Positions 1 to 8,966 of a stretch of 64,000 nt of DNA are shown in pieces. The stretch's first letter is position 1. Every line of letters starts with the position of its first letter. Position numbers and translations under genes: made by a program. Source of the DNA: Candidatus Sericytochromatia bacterium (GTDB lineage Bacteria > Cyanobacteriota > Sericytochromatia > S15B-MN24 > UBA4093); contig JAKFCT010000052.1 of the NCBI GenBank assembly GCA_036676495.1, positions 19,246-83,245 of the forward strand, read 5' to 3'. A model generated the notes under the pieces. That model ran no database searches. It worked only from the letters and a program-made list of their open reading frames with translations, and had not been told where the DNA came from.

Positions 1-683
1 ACGGCCTGCAGACGATATCCAGCAGCAAATCCGCCTTCATCACCGCGCTTTACGTGCCGCTGGTCCCGTTGTTCCAGTGGGTCATCCTCAAGCGGCCTCC
101 CCACCTGATGAGCTGGGTGGGCATCACCTTCGCGTTCGGCGGCCTCATGCTGCTCGCGGGACCGGAGGGAAGCGCCATCGGCCTCGGGCGGGGGGAAGTC
201 CTGACCGTGGCGGCGGCGCTGGCGATCGCCCTCGAGATCATCCTCATCAGCAAGTTCGCCGGAGAGGTGGATGTCCGGCGGGTCACCGTCGTGCAACTCG
301 CCGTCACCGCGCTCATCTCCTTCGCGGCGATGCCGGTGGCCGGCGAGGGGATCCCCGAGTTCACCTGGTTGCTAGCCTTGAGCGCGGGAGGCATGGGCCT
401 CGCGAGCACGTTGATTCAGCTGATCATGAACTGGGCGCAGCAGCGGGTCTCGCCGACGCGCGCCACCCTGATTTATGCGGGCGAGCCCGTCTGGGCCGGC
501 ATCATCGGGCGCATCGCCGGGGAGCGACTTCCTCCGCTGGCTTTGTTTGGCGGGGCCTTGATCGTCATGGGCGTCATCGTCAGCGAGTGGCGCCCGAAGC
601 GCAAAGGGAGCGACCGCGCGGGCCTCATGCAAAGCCCTTCGACCCAGATTGTCTCAGGCGAGGTACCCGCCGAGAGCCCTTGA
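1..683 (+). CDS. EamA/DMT-family transporter (5' truncated by window edge)
   Basis: Frame open from window start (GLQTISSSKSAFITALYVPLVP...); multiple TM segments; 'TRATLIYAGEPVWA' typical of DMT family. Confidence 0.9.
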   Translation, partial: GLQTISSSKSAFITALYVPLVPLFQWVILKRPPHLMSWVGITFAFGGLMLLAGPEGSAIGLGRGEVLTVAAALAIALEIILISKFAGEVDVRRVTVVQLAVTALISFAAMPVAGEGIPEFTWLLALSAGGMGLASTLIQLIMNWAQQRVSPTRATLIYAGEPVWAGIIGRIAGERLPPLALFGGALIVMGVIVSEWRPKRKGSDRAGLMQSPSTQIVSGEVPAESP

Positions 684-690
684 ATGCGAA

Positions 691-721
691 AGCGAGTTCC
701 TGCACCGAGGCAAGAACTCGC
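691..721. terminator. Hairpin between convergent DMT gene and tRNA
   Basis: GCGAGTTC...GAACTCGC stem. Confidence 0.5.
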
Positions 722-732
722 TTGAAATCAAG

Positions 733-804
733 AGCCGGTGACAGGACTCGAACCCGCAACCCCCTGATTACAAATCAGGAGCACTACCATTGTGCTACAC
801 CGGC
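733..804 (-). tRNA. tRNA-Thr(UGU), CCA not encoded
   Basis: Reverse complement GCCGGTG-TAGCACAATGGTAGTGC-T-CCTGA TTTGTAA TCAGG-GGGTT-GCGGG TTCGAGT CCTGT-CACCGGC-T folds as a cloverleaf; anticodon TGT. Confidence 0.95.
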
Positions 805-1015
805 ACGTTTTCGCATCTTAACACCCCGCTTCTCCGAAGGCAATAAACCTGGCATGCCAGGTATCGAGCGGCACTCTGGTTCTGCTCGCTCCTCAACGAA
901 CGTTTACTACAGCCCTTCCCTTAGCAACAGGTACCCCTGGTCCTGAGGGCGAGTCCAGGCATGCGCGAGAGCAGGCGGGCATTGAGGCCCACCACGTTCA
1001 GGACGACGGTCCGTC

Positions 1016-2260
1016 TCACCGCATCCTCGCTTCCTGCGCCAGCGGATCTCCCGCGAGGACCCCGAGCACCCAGCGGTACTCCTGCTCAAGCGCGCTTACG
1101 AGCCCTTGCTTCAGCGCTGCCGGAAGCACCTCCCAGGTGTACGTCTCGATCTCCAGGTGCTGGCTGAAGGGCCGCTTCAGCCAGAGCTCGAGCAGCCGCC
1201 GGGTCTCGGCCTGCGTGGAAAGGAAGCGCTCGTAGCTCTCCGCGAAGAGCGGGACATGGAAGTGAATCCTCCACTCTTGAGCGCGGTCGTTCGTGAGATC
1301 CAGCAGGGCTTGGGGCAAATCCGGGAAGTAGCGCTGGAAGCCTCCTTTCATGCGTGCCATGACCTGGTGCAGGTAGATGGGCTCGGCCAAGGGGCCGAGA
1401 TCCTCTCCGGTCCGGCGCCGCTCCGCGAGATCCGTGGGCAGGCTAACTTTGAGAGCGGAGCTGAGCTGGATCTTCCCGATTTGGATGCCGACCCCTTCGA
1501 GCCGGGCGATCGCCGCCTCGGGCTCCTCGTACGCCACCGCCAGGTGGCAGGCGTCCAGGCAGATCCGCACGTGCTCGAGAAGCTTGGCCTCCGCCTCCGG
1601 AACCGCGATGCCCAGCCGCTTGGCCAACGCGTGGCCTCCGCGCGGAAGCAGCCAGCCCTCGAAGAAGCGTACGACGTCGCCGGTATTGGAGAGCGTGCCC
1701 CCGGGCTCCGGCTCGAGATCGAGGTGAATGCGTTTTCCCGTCATCTGCTGGAGGATCGCCAGATTTTCGACGACGGCCACCAGTTGCATGACCGCGCAGT
1801 CGTATCCCTCGCGATTCCAGCGTTGGCTCCAGGCCTTGTAAGAGATGGGAACCGTCGAGATGCTCCCTTCCACTCCCTCCGGCAGGAGGGCGGCAAGGAT
1901 AGCGACAAGCCGCAGGGTGTAGGCACGACGGGCCTCCGTCGTCCAATCCGGAGCAAAGACCTGCTCTTTGACCCGTTGATGGTGAAACGCTCCGTACGGG
2001 AAGCCGATAATCGTGAAGAGGTAGAGCCCCTGTCTCTCGAGGAGATCTCGAAGCCCCTGCAAGCGGTCGTCGATCAGGAGATCCTCGGCTTCGGCGGCGG
2101 AGAGCCGCAACCCGACTCCGAAGGCGCGATCCGGAGCGAGGCGTCGCTTGAGTTCCAGGGTCGTCTCGCGAAGGTTGGCAAATACGTCCTTCCAGCCGTT
2201 GCTGGCATGGACGTTGCCGCAGTAGGTGAGGTGATGGCGGGCGTCGGGTCCGACTCGCAT
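1016..2260 (-). CDS. eboE: EboE-family TIM-barrel (xylose isomerase-like) protein
   Basis: HLTYCGNVH, FGVGLRLS, FPYGAFH..VKEQVFAPDW, LEPEPG, YLHQV, EWRIHFHVPLF, HLEIETYTW motifs; AGGAGG RBS before ATG at 2260. Confidence 0.9.
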   Translation of the reverse strand: MRVGPDARHHLTYCGNVHASNGWKDVFANLRETTLELKRRLAPDRAFGVGLRLSAAEAEDLLIDDRLQGLRDLLERQGLYLFTIIGFPYGAFHHQRVKEQVFAPDWTTEARRAYTLRLVAILAALLPEGVEGSISTVPISYKAWSQRWNREGYDCAVMQLVAVVENLAILQQMTGKRIHLDLEPEPGGTLSNTGDVVRFFEGWLLPRGGHALAKRLGIAVPEAEAKLLEHVRICLDACHLAVAYEEPEAAIARLEGVGIQIGKIQLSSALKVSLPTDLAERRRTGEDLGPLAEPIYLHQVMARMKGGFQRYFPDLPQALLDLTNDRAQEWRIHFHVPLFAESYERFLSTQAETRRLLELWLKRPFSQHLEIETYTWEVLPAALKQGLVSALEQEYRWVLGVLAGDPLAQEARMR

Positions 2261-2271
2261 GGCGTACCTCC

Positions 2272-2508
2272 TCAAGCGGGTTCGCGCCGTGGAGGGCGGA
2301 ACTTGGGGGACTGGCTCAGAAAGCGGATCGGGTTGTCGTAAACGATCGTGCGGATCAGCGACTCGGCATGCTGGCGCATCTCCAGGATGAACTGCACGGC
2401 CGTGGGAACGCTCGATCCCCAGTCGCAGGCCGGGTTCACCGTGAGGCGCTTCGCGCCGTGAACGTCGCTCATGTCGGCTCGAGGTACGGGCGCGCGCTGC
2501 CTCGCCAC
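2272..2508 (-). CDS. Possible small hypothetical protein upstream of eboE
   Basis: Short ORF ending 11 nt before eboE start; no recognisable motif; start uncertain. Confidence 0.3.
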   Translation of the reverse strand: MARQRAPVPRADMSDVHGAKRLTVNPACDWGSSVPTAVQFILEMRQHAESLIRTIVYDNPIRFLSQSPKFRPPRREPA

Positions 2509-2775
2509 TCCCGCTCAAAGGCTTGCATGATTGGCCTCCCGCTCGACGCGCGCGCTCCCGGCGCGCTTCCTCATCTTCGTTGGCGACCCCCGGGAGCGGC
2601 TAGAGAGGAATCGCTAACGAATTTACCCACGGGGGCGGCGGCCTGTTTCCGTGAAAGCTTAACCCAAGCTTAGCGATTCGGAGGTTCGTTTACGTTCCGT
2701 TAACGCCCGATAGAGGGAAAAGAAGCTCTCCCCTCGGAGAAGATCCGCCGTCCCGCGCTTTCGAAGGAGGCCGTC

Positions 2776-3417
2776 ATGTCGCAGGTGAACGCCGTCCGGC
2801 AGGCTACGTTCCGCCCCGCCGTACAAGGATTTACCAACCCGATCAAGGACACCGAGACCGCCCTGGGTGCCGTGCGGGTGGCCACTCCCGTCGTGAAGGC
2901 CGGCCTGGATCATTTCGGGGGGTCCTTGCTCTCGCGCATCGGCGGTGGGGCCACACCGCTGGCGAATGGCGGCTTCACGGCCTTGCCCAGCGCCGGCGTT
3001 TCGCTGGGTGGGGGAGTTTCCGGCGGCGTCATGACCGGTGGAGCGCGCGGCCTCGTCTCGCGAGCCGGGACGGCGGTCTCGGGAGCGCTCAACACCGTGC
3101 TCGGAGCCATGAAGTCCAATGCGCTCGTCGCGGCGGCCGTCTCGGCCCTCACCAACGGCATCTCCTTCCTGACCGGAAAGACCTCCGGCCAGCGGGCCGC
3201 GAGCAACTTCGTCGTCGATACCGGCGCCTACACGGCCATCGGCGCCTCGAGCACCCTGGTGGGCGCCGCCCTCGGGTCGCTCATCCCCATCCCCTTCGTG
3301 GGGACCGCCATCGGCCTCGCCGCCGGCATGGGCCTCGGCTACCTCTACGAGAAGACCCTGCGCAAGCCGCTTTCGGACAAGCTGGCCGAAACCGTCTTCC
3401 AGAAGCTTCCCGATTAA
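2776..3417 (+). CDS. Hypothetical Gly/Ala-rich protein with C-terminal glycine-zipper hydrophobic domain
   Basis: AAGGAGG RBS; strong GC3 bias; [26 protein letters not shown] motif; no Sec signal. Confidence 0.85.
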   Translation: MSQVNAVRQATFRPAVQGFTNPIKDTETALGAVRVATPVVKAGLDHFGGSLLSRIGGGATPLANGGFTALPSAGVSLGGGVSGGVMTGGARGLVSRAGTAVSGALNTVLGAMKSNALVAAAVSALTNGISFLTGKTSGQRAASNFVVDTGAYTAIGASSTLVGAALGSLIPIPFVGTAIGLAAGMGLGYLYEKTLRKPLSDKLAETVFQKLPD

Positions 3418-3456
3418 CCCGCCGGCCCTCCCGGCCGTCATCCCGTTCACCCGCGA

Positions 3457-3488
3457 ACACCGCCTCCGCAGCTCGGAGGCGGTGTTTG
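3457..3488 (+). terminator. Intrinsic terminator-like hairpin
   Basis: ACACCGCCTCCG-CAGCT-CGGAGGCGGTGT followed by TT. Confidence 0.6.
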
Positions 3489-3617
3489 CGGTCTTGGCGG
3501 GCGCAAGGTTAAGAGAAGGCAAAGGACGAGCAAAGGTTTGGCGAGCTGAAGCAAGCCGTTTAATAATCGCCCTATAACCCTCGTATAACCGGCTCACCCC
3601 ATCGAGGAGGGATGCTC

Positions 3618-4739
3618 ATGGCGATTCAGAACGTTAACTCGGTCACCCGCATTCAGACCGCTGCGGCCAGCACCCGCACCTATACCGTCAAGAAGGGGGA
3701 CTACCTCGCCAAGATCGCCCGTGAGCAACTCGGGGATGCCAGCCGCTGGCCCGAGATCTACGCGATGAACAAGAGCGTGATCGGATCCAACCCCAACCTG
3801 ATCTACGCAGGCCAGGTTTACCGCCTCCCGGCCAAGACCCAGACCCCGGCCCCGACTCCTGCTCCCAAGCCTACCCCCGCTCCCAAGCCTACCCCCGCTC
3901 CCAAGCCTACCCCCGCTCCCAAGCCCACCCCGGCCCCCAAGCCGACTCCGGCTCCGAAGCCCACCCCGAAGCCCTCGCCGGATCCCATCAAGTTCAAGGT
4001 CGATCCCGAGGATATCCGCATCGGCACCCCCTTGATCGCCAAGGTGGGCAACTGGATCGCCGACCGGGTCGGACTCGGATCCATCGGCGGCGGCCCGAGC
4101 GGCGGCTTCATGAACCCCGGCCTCGACCCCACCATCGGTGGCCCGATCGATCCTGGCCTGGGCGGCGGCTTCGGCGCAGACCCGATCATGGCGGACCCGG
4201 GTCTCGGCGGAGCTCTCCCCAGCGAGCCGGTCGCCCTCGACCCCGGCATGGGCGACCCCTCCCTCGCCACCGACTTCTCGGGCGGCACCATGGGCGGCAT
4301 CTCCGGTGGCGTCAGCAACGTGATGAGCCGCCTGGGCGAGGCCGTGAGCGCCGGATTCCAGGCCGCCAAGGGCGCCCTGAAGCGGAACTTCATCTTCGCG
4401 GGCATCACCTCGGCCGTCAGCAACGGCATCGCCTACTTCACGGGCAAGGCCACCGGCAAGCAGGCCGTTAGTGGCTTCGTCGCCGACACCGGCGCCTACA
4501 CCGCCATCGGTTCGGCCAGCACCTTCGCCGGAGCGGCCCTGGGCACCCTGATCCCCATCCCCTTCGTGGGCACGGCCATCGGTATCGCCGCCGGTATGGG
4601 CCTCGGCTACCTCTACGAGAAGTTCGTCCGCAAGGACCTCGTGAAGAAGGTCGAAGGCGTCGTCGACGAACTCGGCGGAGCGACCGGCAAGAACGCCCTC
4701 GCCCAGGGCAAGAGCGCGCTCGACAGGCTCTCCCTGTAA
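3618..4739 (+). CDS. LysM-domain protein with Pro-rich stalk and C-terminal glycine-zipper domain (paralog of upstream gene)
   Basis: [13 protein letters not shown]...[28 protein letters not shown] is a LysM; GAGGAGG RBS; C-terminal domain matches 2776..3417. Confidence 0.9.
   Translation: MAIQNVNSVTRIQTAAASTRTYTVKKGDYLAKIAREQLGDASRWPEIYAMNKSVIGSNPNLIYAGQVYRLPAKTQTPAPTPAPKPTPAPKPTPAPKPTPAPKPTPAPKPTPAPKPTPKPSPDPIKFKVDPEDIRIGTPLIAKVGNWIADRVGLGSIGGGPSGGFMNPGLDPTIGGPIDPGLGGGFGADPIMADPGLGGALPSEPVALDPGMGDPSLATDFSGGTMGGISGGVSNVMSRLGEAVSAGFQAAKGALKRNFIFAGITSAVSNGIAYFTGKATGKQAVSGFVADTGAYTAIGSASTFAGAALGTLIPIPFVGTAIGIAAGMGLGYLYEKFVRKDLVKKVEGVVDELGGATGKNALAQGKSALDRLSL
3852..3959 (+). repeat. 18-bp coding tandem repeat x6 (PTPAPK)
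   Basis: Unit CCTACCCCCGCTCCCAAG identical at 3870, 3888, 3906; three further synonymous variants. Confidence 0.95.
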
Positions 4740-4748
4740 GCCAAATCC

Positions 4749-4788
4749 AAAAGAAAGCGCCGCCGAGAAATCGGCGGCGCTTTCTTTT
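4749..4788. terminator. Bidirectional intrinsic terminator
   Basis: AAAAGAAAGCGCCGCCGA-GAAA-TCGGCGGCGCTTTCTTTT between convergent genes. Confidence 0.9.
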
Positions 4789-4835
4789 GGATGGTAGGCG
4801 ATGGCAGGCGACGCGGCCCCGTGGGCAAGCGCCTG

Positions 4836-5411
4836 CTAAGCTTTGGCGGTCGCGTTGAAGCGGTTCATCGCCTCGGAGTAGCCCTTGGCCAGGGCGGTTT
4901 CCACGGCAATCACCGCGTCGTTGAGCCCCTGGTCGAGGGTGTCGCGCTCCGCAGGAGCGAACCGGCTGAGGACGAAGTCCTTGGTCGACCAGCGCGGGGG
5001 AAGCGGGCCCACACCCACCCGGAGGCGAGCGAAAATCTGGGTGCCCAGGTGCTGGATGATCGAGGAGATGCCGTTGTGGCCGCCGGCGGAGCCCTGGATC
5101 CGGATCCGGATGGAGCCCAGTGGAAGCGCGAAGTCGTCGTAGACGACCAGCAGGTCGTCCGCCGTCAGCTTGTAGAACTGCAAGACCTTCTGGATGGAGC
5201 GCCCCGACAGGTTCATGTAGGTGATGGGTTCGACCAAGAGCACCTTCTGGCCCGCGACATGCGCCTCGGCCACCAGGGCCTCGAATTTCGGCTCGAGGCG
5301 CGCCTCGGCTCCCCATGCCTTGGCCAGCCGCTCGATCACCATGAACCCGGCGTTGTGTCGGGTCTCCTCGTATTGCTTGCCGGGATTCCCCAGCCCCACG
5401 ATGACCTTCAT
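4836..5411 (-). CDS. pth: Peptidyl-tRNA hydrolase
   Basis: MKVIVGLGNPG..YEETRHNAGF, TYMNLSG, GGHNG. Confidence 0.97.
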   Translation of the reverse strand: MKVIVGLGNPGKQYEETRHNAGFMVIERLAKAWGAEARLEPKFEALVAEAHVAGQKVLLVEPITYMNLSGRSIQKVLQFYKLTADDLLVVYDDFALPLGSIRIRIQGSAGGHNGISSIIQHLGTQIFARLRVGVGPLPPRWSTKDFVLSRFAPAERDTLDQGLNDAVIAVETALAKGYSEAMNRFNATAKA

Positions 5412-5414
5412 GGC

Positions 5415-6410
5415 TTAGTCGAAGAGCGTGCTGATCGACTCGTCCTCGTGGATACGCAGGATGGCTTCGCCCAGCAGGGTCGCCACCGAAAGGACCTTGA
5501 TCTTGCTGATCTGCTTTTCGGGAGGCAGGGGAATGGTGTTGGCGACGACCATCTCGCGCAGCGGAGCCGCCTCGAGGCGCTCGATGGCGGGCCCGGAGAG
5601 CACGGGATGGGTGACGGCCGCGTAGATCTCGCGGGCGCCCTCGCGGGCGAGCAGCTTCGCCACCTCGGTGAGCGTGCCGGCCGTGTCGGCCAGGTCGTCG
5701 ATGATGACGCAGGTCCGGCCCTTGATCTCGCCGATGACGTTGAGGACTTCGGCGGTGTTGTGCTTGGGACGGCGCTTGTCGATGATGGCCAGGGGAGCGT
5801 CAAGCTTCTTGGCGAAGGCGCGGGCGCGGGCGACGCCGCCGACGTCCGGGGAGACGATCGTCAGGTCTTCGAAGTTCTTGCTGCGGATGTAGTCGATCAG
5901 GACGGGCAGCGCTTGCAGATGATCCATCAGGATATCGAAGAAGCCCTGTATCTGCGGCGCGTGAAGGTCCATCGCGAGCACGCGGGTGGCGCCCGCCGTG
6001 GTGATCAGGTCGGCGACCAGCTTCGCGGTGATGGCCTCGCGGCCGGCAGCCTTGCGGTCCTGGCGGGCGTAGGCGTAGTAAGGAATCACGGCCGTGATGG
6101 AGCGGGCGCTCGCACGCTTGAACGCGTCGAGCATGATGCAGAGCTCCATCATGTGGTAGTTGACCGGGTGACAGATGGGCTGAATCAGGAAGACATCCGC
6201 GCCGCGCACCGAATCCTCGATCTGCACGTAGATCTCGCCGTCCGAGAAGTTGGCGATCTTGACGCCACCGAGCTCAGTACCCAGCTGGCTGGCGATCTCC
6301 TGGGCCAGCGCCGGGTTGGCGGAGCCGGAGAACAGCTTCATCGTGCGGTGAGGAACGCGGGCGCGCTCCCCGGCACGTTGGGCAAGGACGCTCGTCGGAT
6401 TGTCAATCAT
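5415..6410 (-). CDS. prs: Ribose-phosphate pyrophosphokinase
   Basis: FSDGE, YARQDRK, DLHAPQIQGFF, VSPDVGG, DDLADTAGT; ATGA overlap with glmU stop. Confidence 0.97.
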   Translation of the reverse strand: MIDNPTSVLAQRAGERARVPHRTMKLFSGSANPALAQEIASQLGTELGGVKIANFSDGEIYVQIEDSVRGADVFLIQPICHPVNYHMMELCIMLDAFKRASARSITAVIPYYAYARQDRKAAGREAITAKLVADLITTAGATRVLAMDLHAPQIQGFFDILMDHLQALPVLIDYIRSKNFEDLTIVSPDVGGVARARAFAKKLDAPLAIIDKRRPKHNTAEVLNVIGEIKGRTCVIIDDLADTAGTLTEVAKLLAREGAREIYAAVTHPVLSGPAIERLEAAPLREMVVANTIPLPPEKQISKIKVLSVATLLGEAILRIHEDESISTLFD

Positions 6411-7801
6411 GTCGTGATTCCTTTGCGTTGCAGGGCCCATCCTTCCTTGACGACCTGCCGGGCCCGGCCGAGCGCCAGGGAACCCGCCGGAACGTCCGAG
6501 ACGATGGTGGAGCCCGCCGCCGTGTAGGCGTGGTCTCCGATGGTGACGGGAGCCACCAGGGTGTTATTGGTCCCGATGAAGGCTCCCTCCCCGATCATCG
6601 TCGGGTGCTTCCGTGTGCCGTCGTAGTTACAGGTGATCGTGCCTGCCCCGATGTTCGCCTTCGAACCAATCGTGGCGTCACCCAGGTACGCGAGGTGAGC
6701 GGCCTTGGCGCCGTCGCCAAAGCGGGAACCCTTGACCTCGACGAAGTTGCCGATGCGGACCTTGCGGCCGAGCGCCGCCCCGCCCCGCATCCGGGCGAAA
6801 GGACCGATGGTCGTCTCATCGCCGACCGTGGTGTCTTCCAGGTCGGACTGGCGGATCTCGACGCGATCGCCGAGCGCCGTGTCGCGAAGGCGGCTGAAGG
6901 CCCCCACGCGGCACGCCTGCCCGACGACGGTCTTGCCGTAGAGGGCGACGCCCTGCTCGATGACCGTGTCCTCGCCAATCTCGACCCGGGGGCCGATCCA
7001 GGTGGTCGCGGGGCTCTCGACGGTCACTCCGTTGGAGAGCCAGTAGGAGGCGCTGCGCTTCTGGTACTCGGCGGCAAGGGCCACCAGCTCGGCGCGCGTG
7101 TTGATGCCGGAGACTTCCGTCGCGTCCGCCGTCACGTGCCCGATGACGACCTCACCGGCCTCCACCAGCCGTGCGACTGCATCCGTCAGGTAGTACTCGC
7201 CCTGGGCATTGGAATTGGAAAGTGTGGCGATCGCCGCCCGCAGCTTCGACCAGTCGGCCAGGTACACGCCCGCGTTGATCTCGCGGATCTCCCGCTGGGC
7301 CGGGGTGGCGTCCTTGTGCTCGACGATGCCCTTCACGCGGCCGCTCTCGCGGACGATCCGGCCGTAGCCCGTGGGATCGGCAAGCTCGGTGGTGAGGAGG
7401 GTGAGGGCCGCGCCCGCGTCGCGGTGGGCCTGCTGCATGTCCGAGAGGGTCTCGGCGGAAAGGAGCGGCACGTCGCCCGACAGGATGAGCACGTCGCCCT
7501 GGAAATCGCTCAGAGACGGAACGACCTGCTGGACCGCATGACCGGTGCCCAGTTGCTCGCGCTGCTCGACGGTCTGGACCCAGCCCGGAAGGGTGGCGCG
7601 GACGCGCTCGGCGCCGTGGCCGACGATGGCGATCGCCCGCGGTATGCCCATGCGCTCGACCGTGGCGAGCACATGACCCAAGAGCGTCTCCCCCGCGATC
7701 TCATGAAGGACCTTGGGCAGCTGCGACCGCATGCGGGTTCCCTTGCCCGCGGCGAGGATGACGACGGTGACTTCCGCGTGGTCAGTTCGGCTCGAAAACA
7801 C
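6407..7801 (-). CDS. glmU: Bifunctional UDP-GlcNAc pyrophosphorylase / glucosamine-1-P acetyltransferase
   Basis: ILAAGKGTRMRSQLPKVLH, LGTGHAV, GEYYLTD, hexapeptide repeats, ITCNYDG. Confidence 0.97.
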   Translation of the reverse strand: MFSSRTDHAEVTVVILAAGKGTRMRSQLPKVLHEIAGETLLGHVLATVERMGIPRAIAIVGHGAERVRATLPGWVQTVEQREQLGTGHAVQQVVPSLSDFQGDVLILSGDVPLLSAETLSDMQQAHRDAGAALTLLTTELADPTGYGRIVRESGRVKGIVEHKDATPAQREIREINAGVYLADWSKLRAAIATLSNSNAQGEYYLTDAVARLVEAGEVVIGHVTADATEVSGINTRAELVALAAEYQKRSASYWLSNGVTVESPATTWIGPRVEIGEDTVIEQGVALYGKTVVGQACRVGAFSRLRDTALGDRVEIRQSDLEDTTVGDETTIGPFARMRGGAALGRKVRIGNFVEVKGSRFGDGAKAAHLAYLGDATIGSKANIGAGTITCNYDGTRKHPTMIGEGAFIGTNNTLVAPVTIGDHAYTAAGSTIVSDVPAGSLALGRARQVVKEGWALQRKGITT

Positions 7802-7853
7802 GTTCTTTCGCTCTCCTTGGCTGACAAGTATAACACTACCATTCTAACAGGGG

Positions 7854-8966
7854 TTAGGGGTCGTGGAACTCCTCATCGTCGGCATGCAGGTCCCCGTCCT
7901 CGTCTTGCAGATCGAAGTCGTCCAGGGAGACGCCGGCGAGCTTCTGCTTGGCCACCCGGCGGGAATCCGTGCGGGCCACCACGCCCAGCTTGACCAGCTT
8001 CTTCTCCGCGCCGCCCCCGGCAGACTTCCGTTTGATCGTCTCCTCGACCTTGATGCTGGTGTCGGAGAGCCGCTTCTCGGTGGCGAGCAACTCCTCGAGG
8101 AAGCGCAAGTAGCTGGCGTAGCGCTCGGGGGTGATCGCCGCATGGGCCTTCACCGCGCAGTCGGGCTCCTCGCGATGCAGGCAGTCCGGAAAGCGGCAAT
8201 GCGGGATATGCGGCTTCATCTCCGGGAAGAGCCAACCCAGGTCAGTCGGAGGCAGGGCTCCGAAGTCCATGTGCGAGTAACCGGGCGTATCTCCGACCAA
8301 CGCCTCGCCGTCGGGGCCGTCGAGGACGTAAAGCGAGGCATAGGTGGTGGTGTGGCGGCCGCGGCCCAGCTTCTCGCTGACCTCGTTGGCCTTGAGCGCG
8401 AGGCCCGGCTGCAAGGCGTTGAGGAGCGAGGACTTGCCGACTCCGGACGGTCCCGCCAGGACCGAGACCCGGTTCTCCAGCACCCGCCAGAGTTCCGAGA
8501 CCTCTCCGCCCTTGGCGGTGGTGGTCACGACCGGATACCCGGCGGCCTCGTAGGGGGAGATCATCTCATGCAGGCGCTCGGCCGATACCCGGTCGCGCTT
8601 GTTGATGCAGATCACGGCGTCGATCCCGCTCTGGGCCGCCAGCGTGAGGAAACGATCGAGGGTCTGGGGGCTGAAGGCCGGGGCGTCTGCCGCCATGACG
8701 ATGACGACCTGATCGACGTTGGCCAGGGTCGGGCGCGGCAGCAGGTTGAAGCGCGGCTCGACGCCAACGATCCAGGCGGTGTGGTGGGTCTCGTTGATCT
8801 CGTCGAGCGTGACCCGGTCCCCGATGGCGACCTGGATCTTTTCCTTCTTCATCCGGGCCCGGAGCATGCAGGCATACTCCTGGCCATGGTGACGCACGTA
8901 GTAGTAGCTCCCGATGCGCCGGATGACGGTCGGCGCCTCGGGGCTCCACCCCGTGCGGTAGGTCAT
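7854..8966 (-). CDS. rsgA: Ribosome small-subunit-dependent GTPase A
   Basis: NKRD, GPSGVGKSS, GRHTT, DTPG, C-x4-C-x-H-x5-C zinc finger. Confidence 0.95.
   Translation of the reverse strand: MTYRTGWSPEAPTVIRRIGSYYYVRHHGQEYACMLRARMKKEKIQVAIGDRVTLDEINETHHTAWIVGVEPRFNLLPRPTLANVDQVVIVMAADAPAFSPQTLDRFLTLAAQSGIDAVICINKRDRVSAERLHEMISPYEAAGYPVVTTTAKGGEVSELWRVLENRVSVLAGPSGVGKSSLLNALQPGLALKANEVSEKLGRGRHTTTYASLYVLDGPDGEALVGDTPGYSHMDFGALPPTDLGWLFPEMKPHIPHCRFPDCLHREEPDCAVKAHAAITPERYASYLRFLEELLATEKRLSDTSIKVEETIKRKSAGGGAEKKLVKLGVVARTDSRRVAKQKLAGVSLDDFDLQDEDGDLHADDEEFHDP

Noticed and set aside
1-850. tRNA-Thr as an integration site or island boundary
   Set aside because: No integrase and no duplicated tRNA 3' end in the window; any element would lie left of the window
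2686-2713. Sigma-28 promoter before the first glycine-zipper gene (CCCGATAG)
   Set aside because: -10-like element present but no TAAA/TCAA at 15-16 nt spacing
3852-3959. Possible CRISPR-like array
   Set aside because: Contiguous in-frame coding repeats with no spacers and no cas genes
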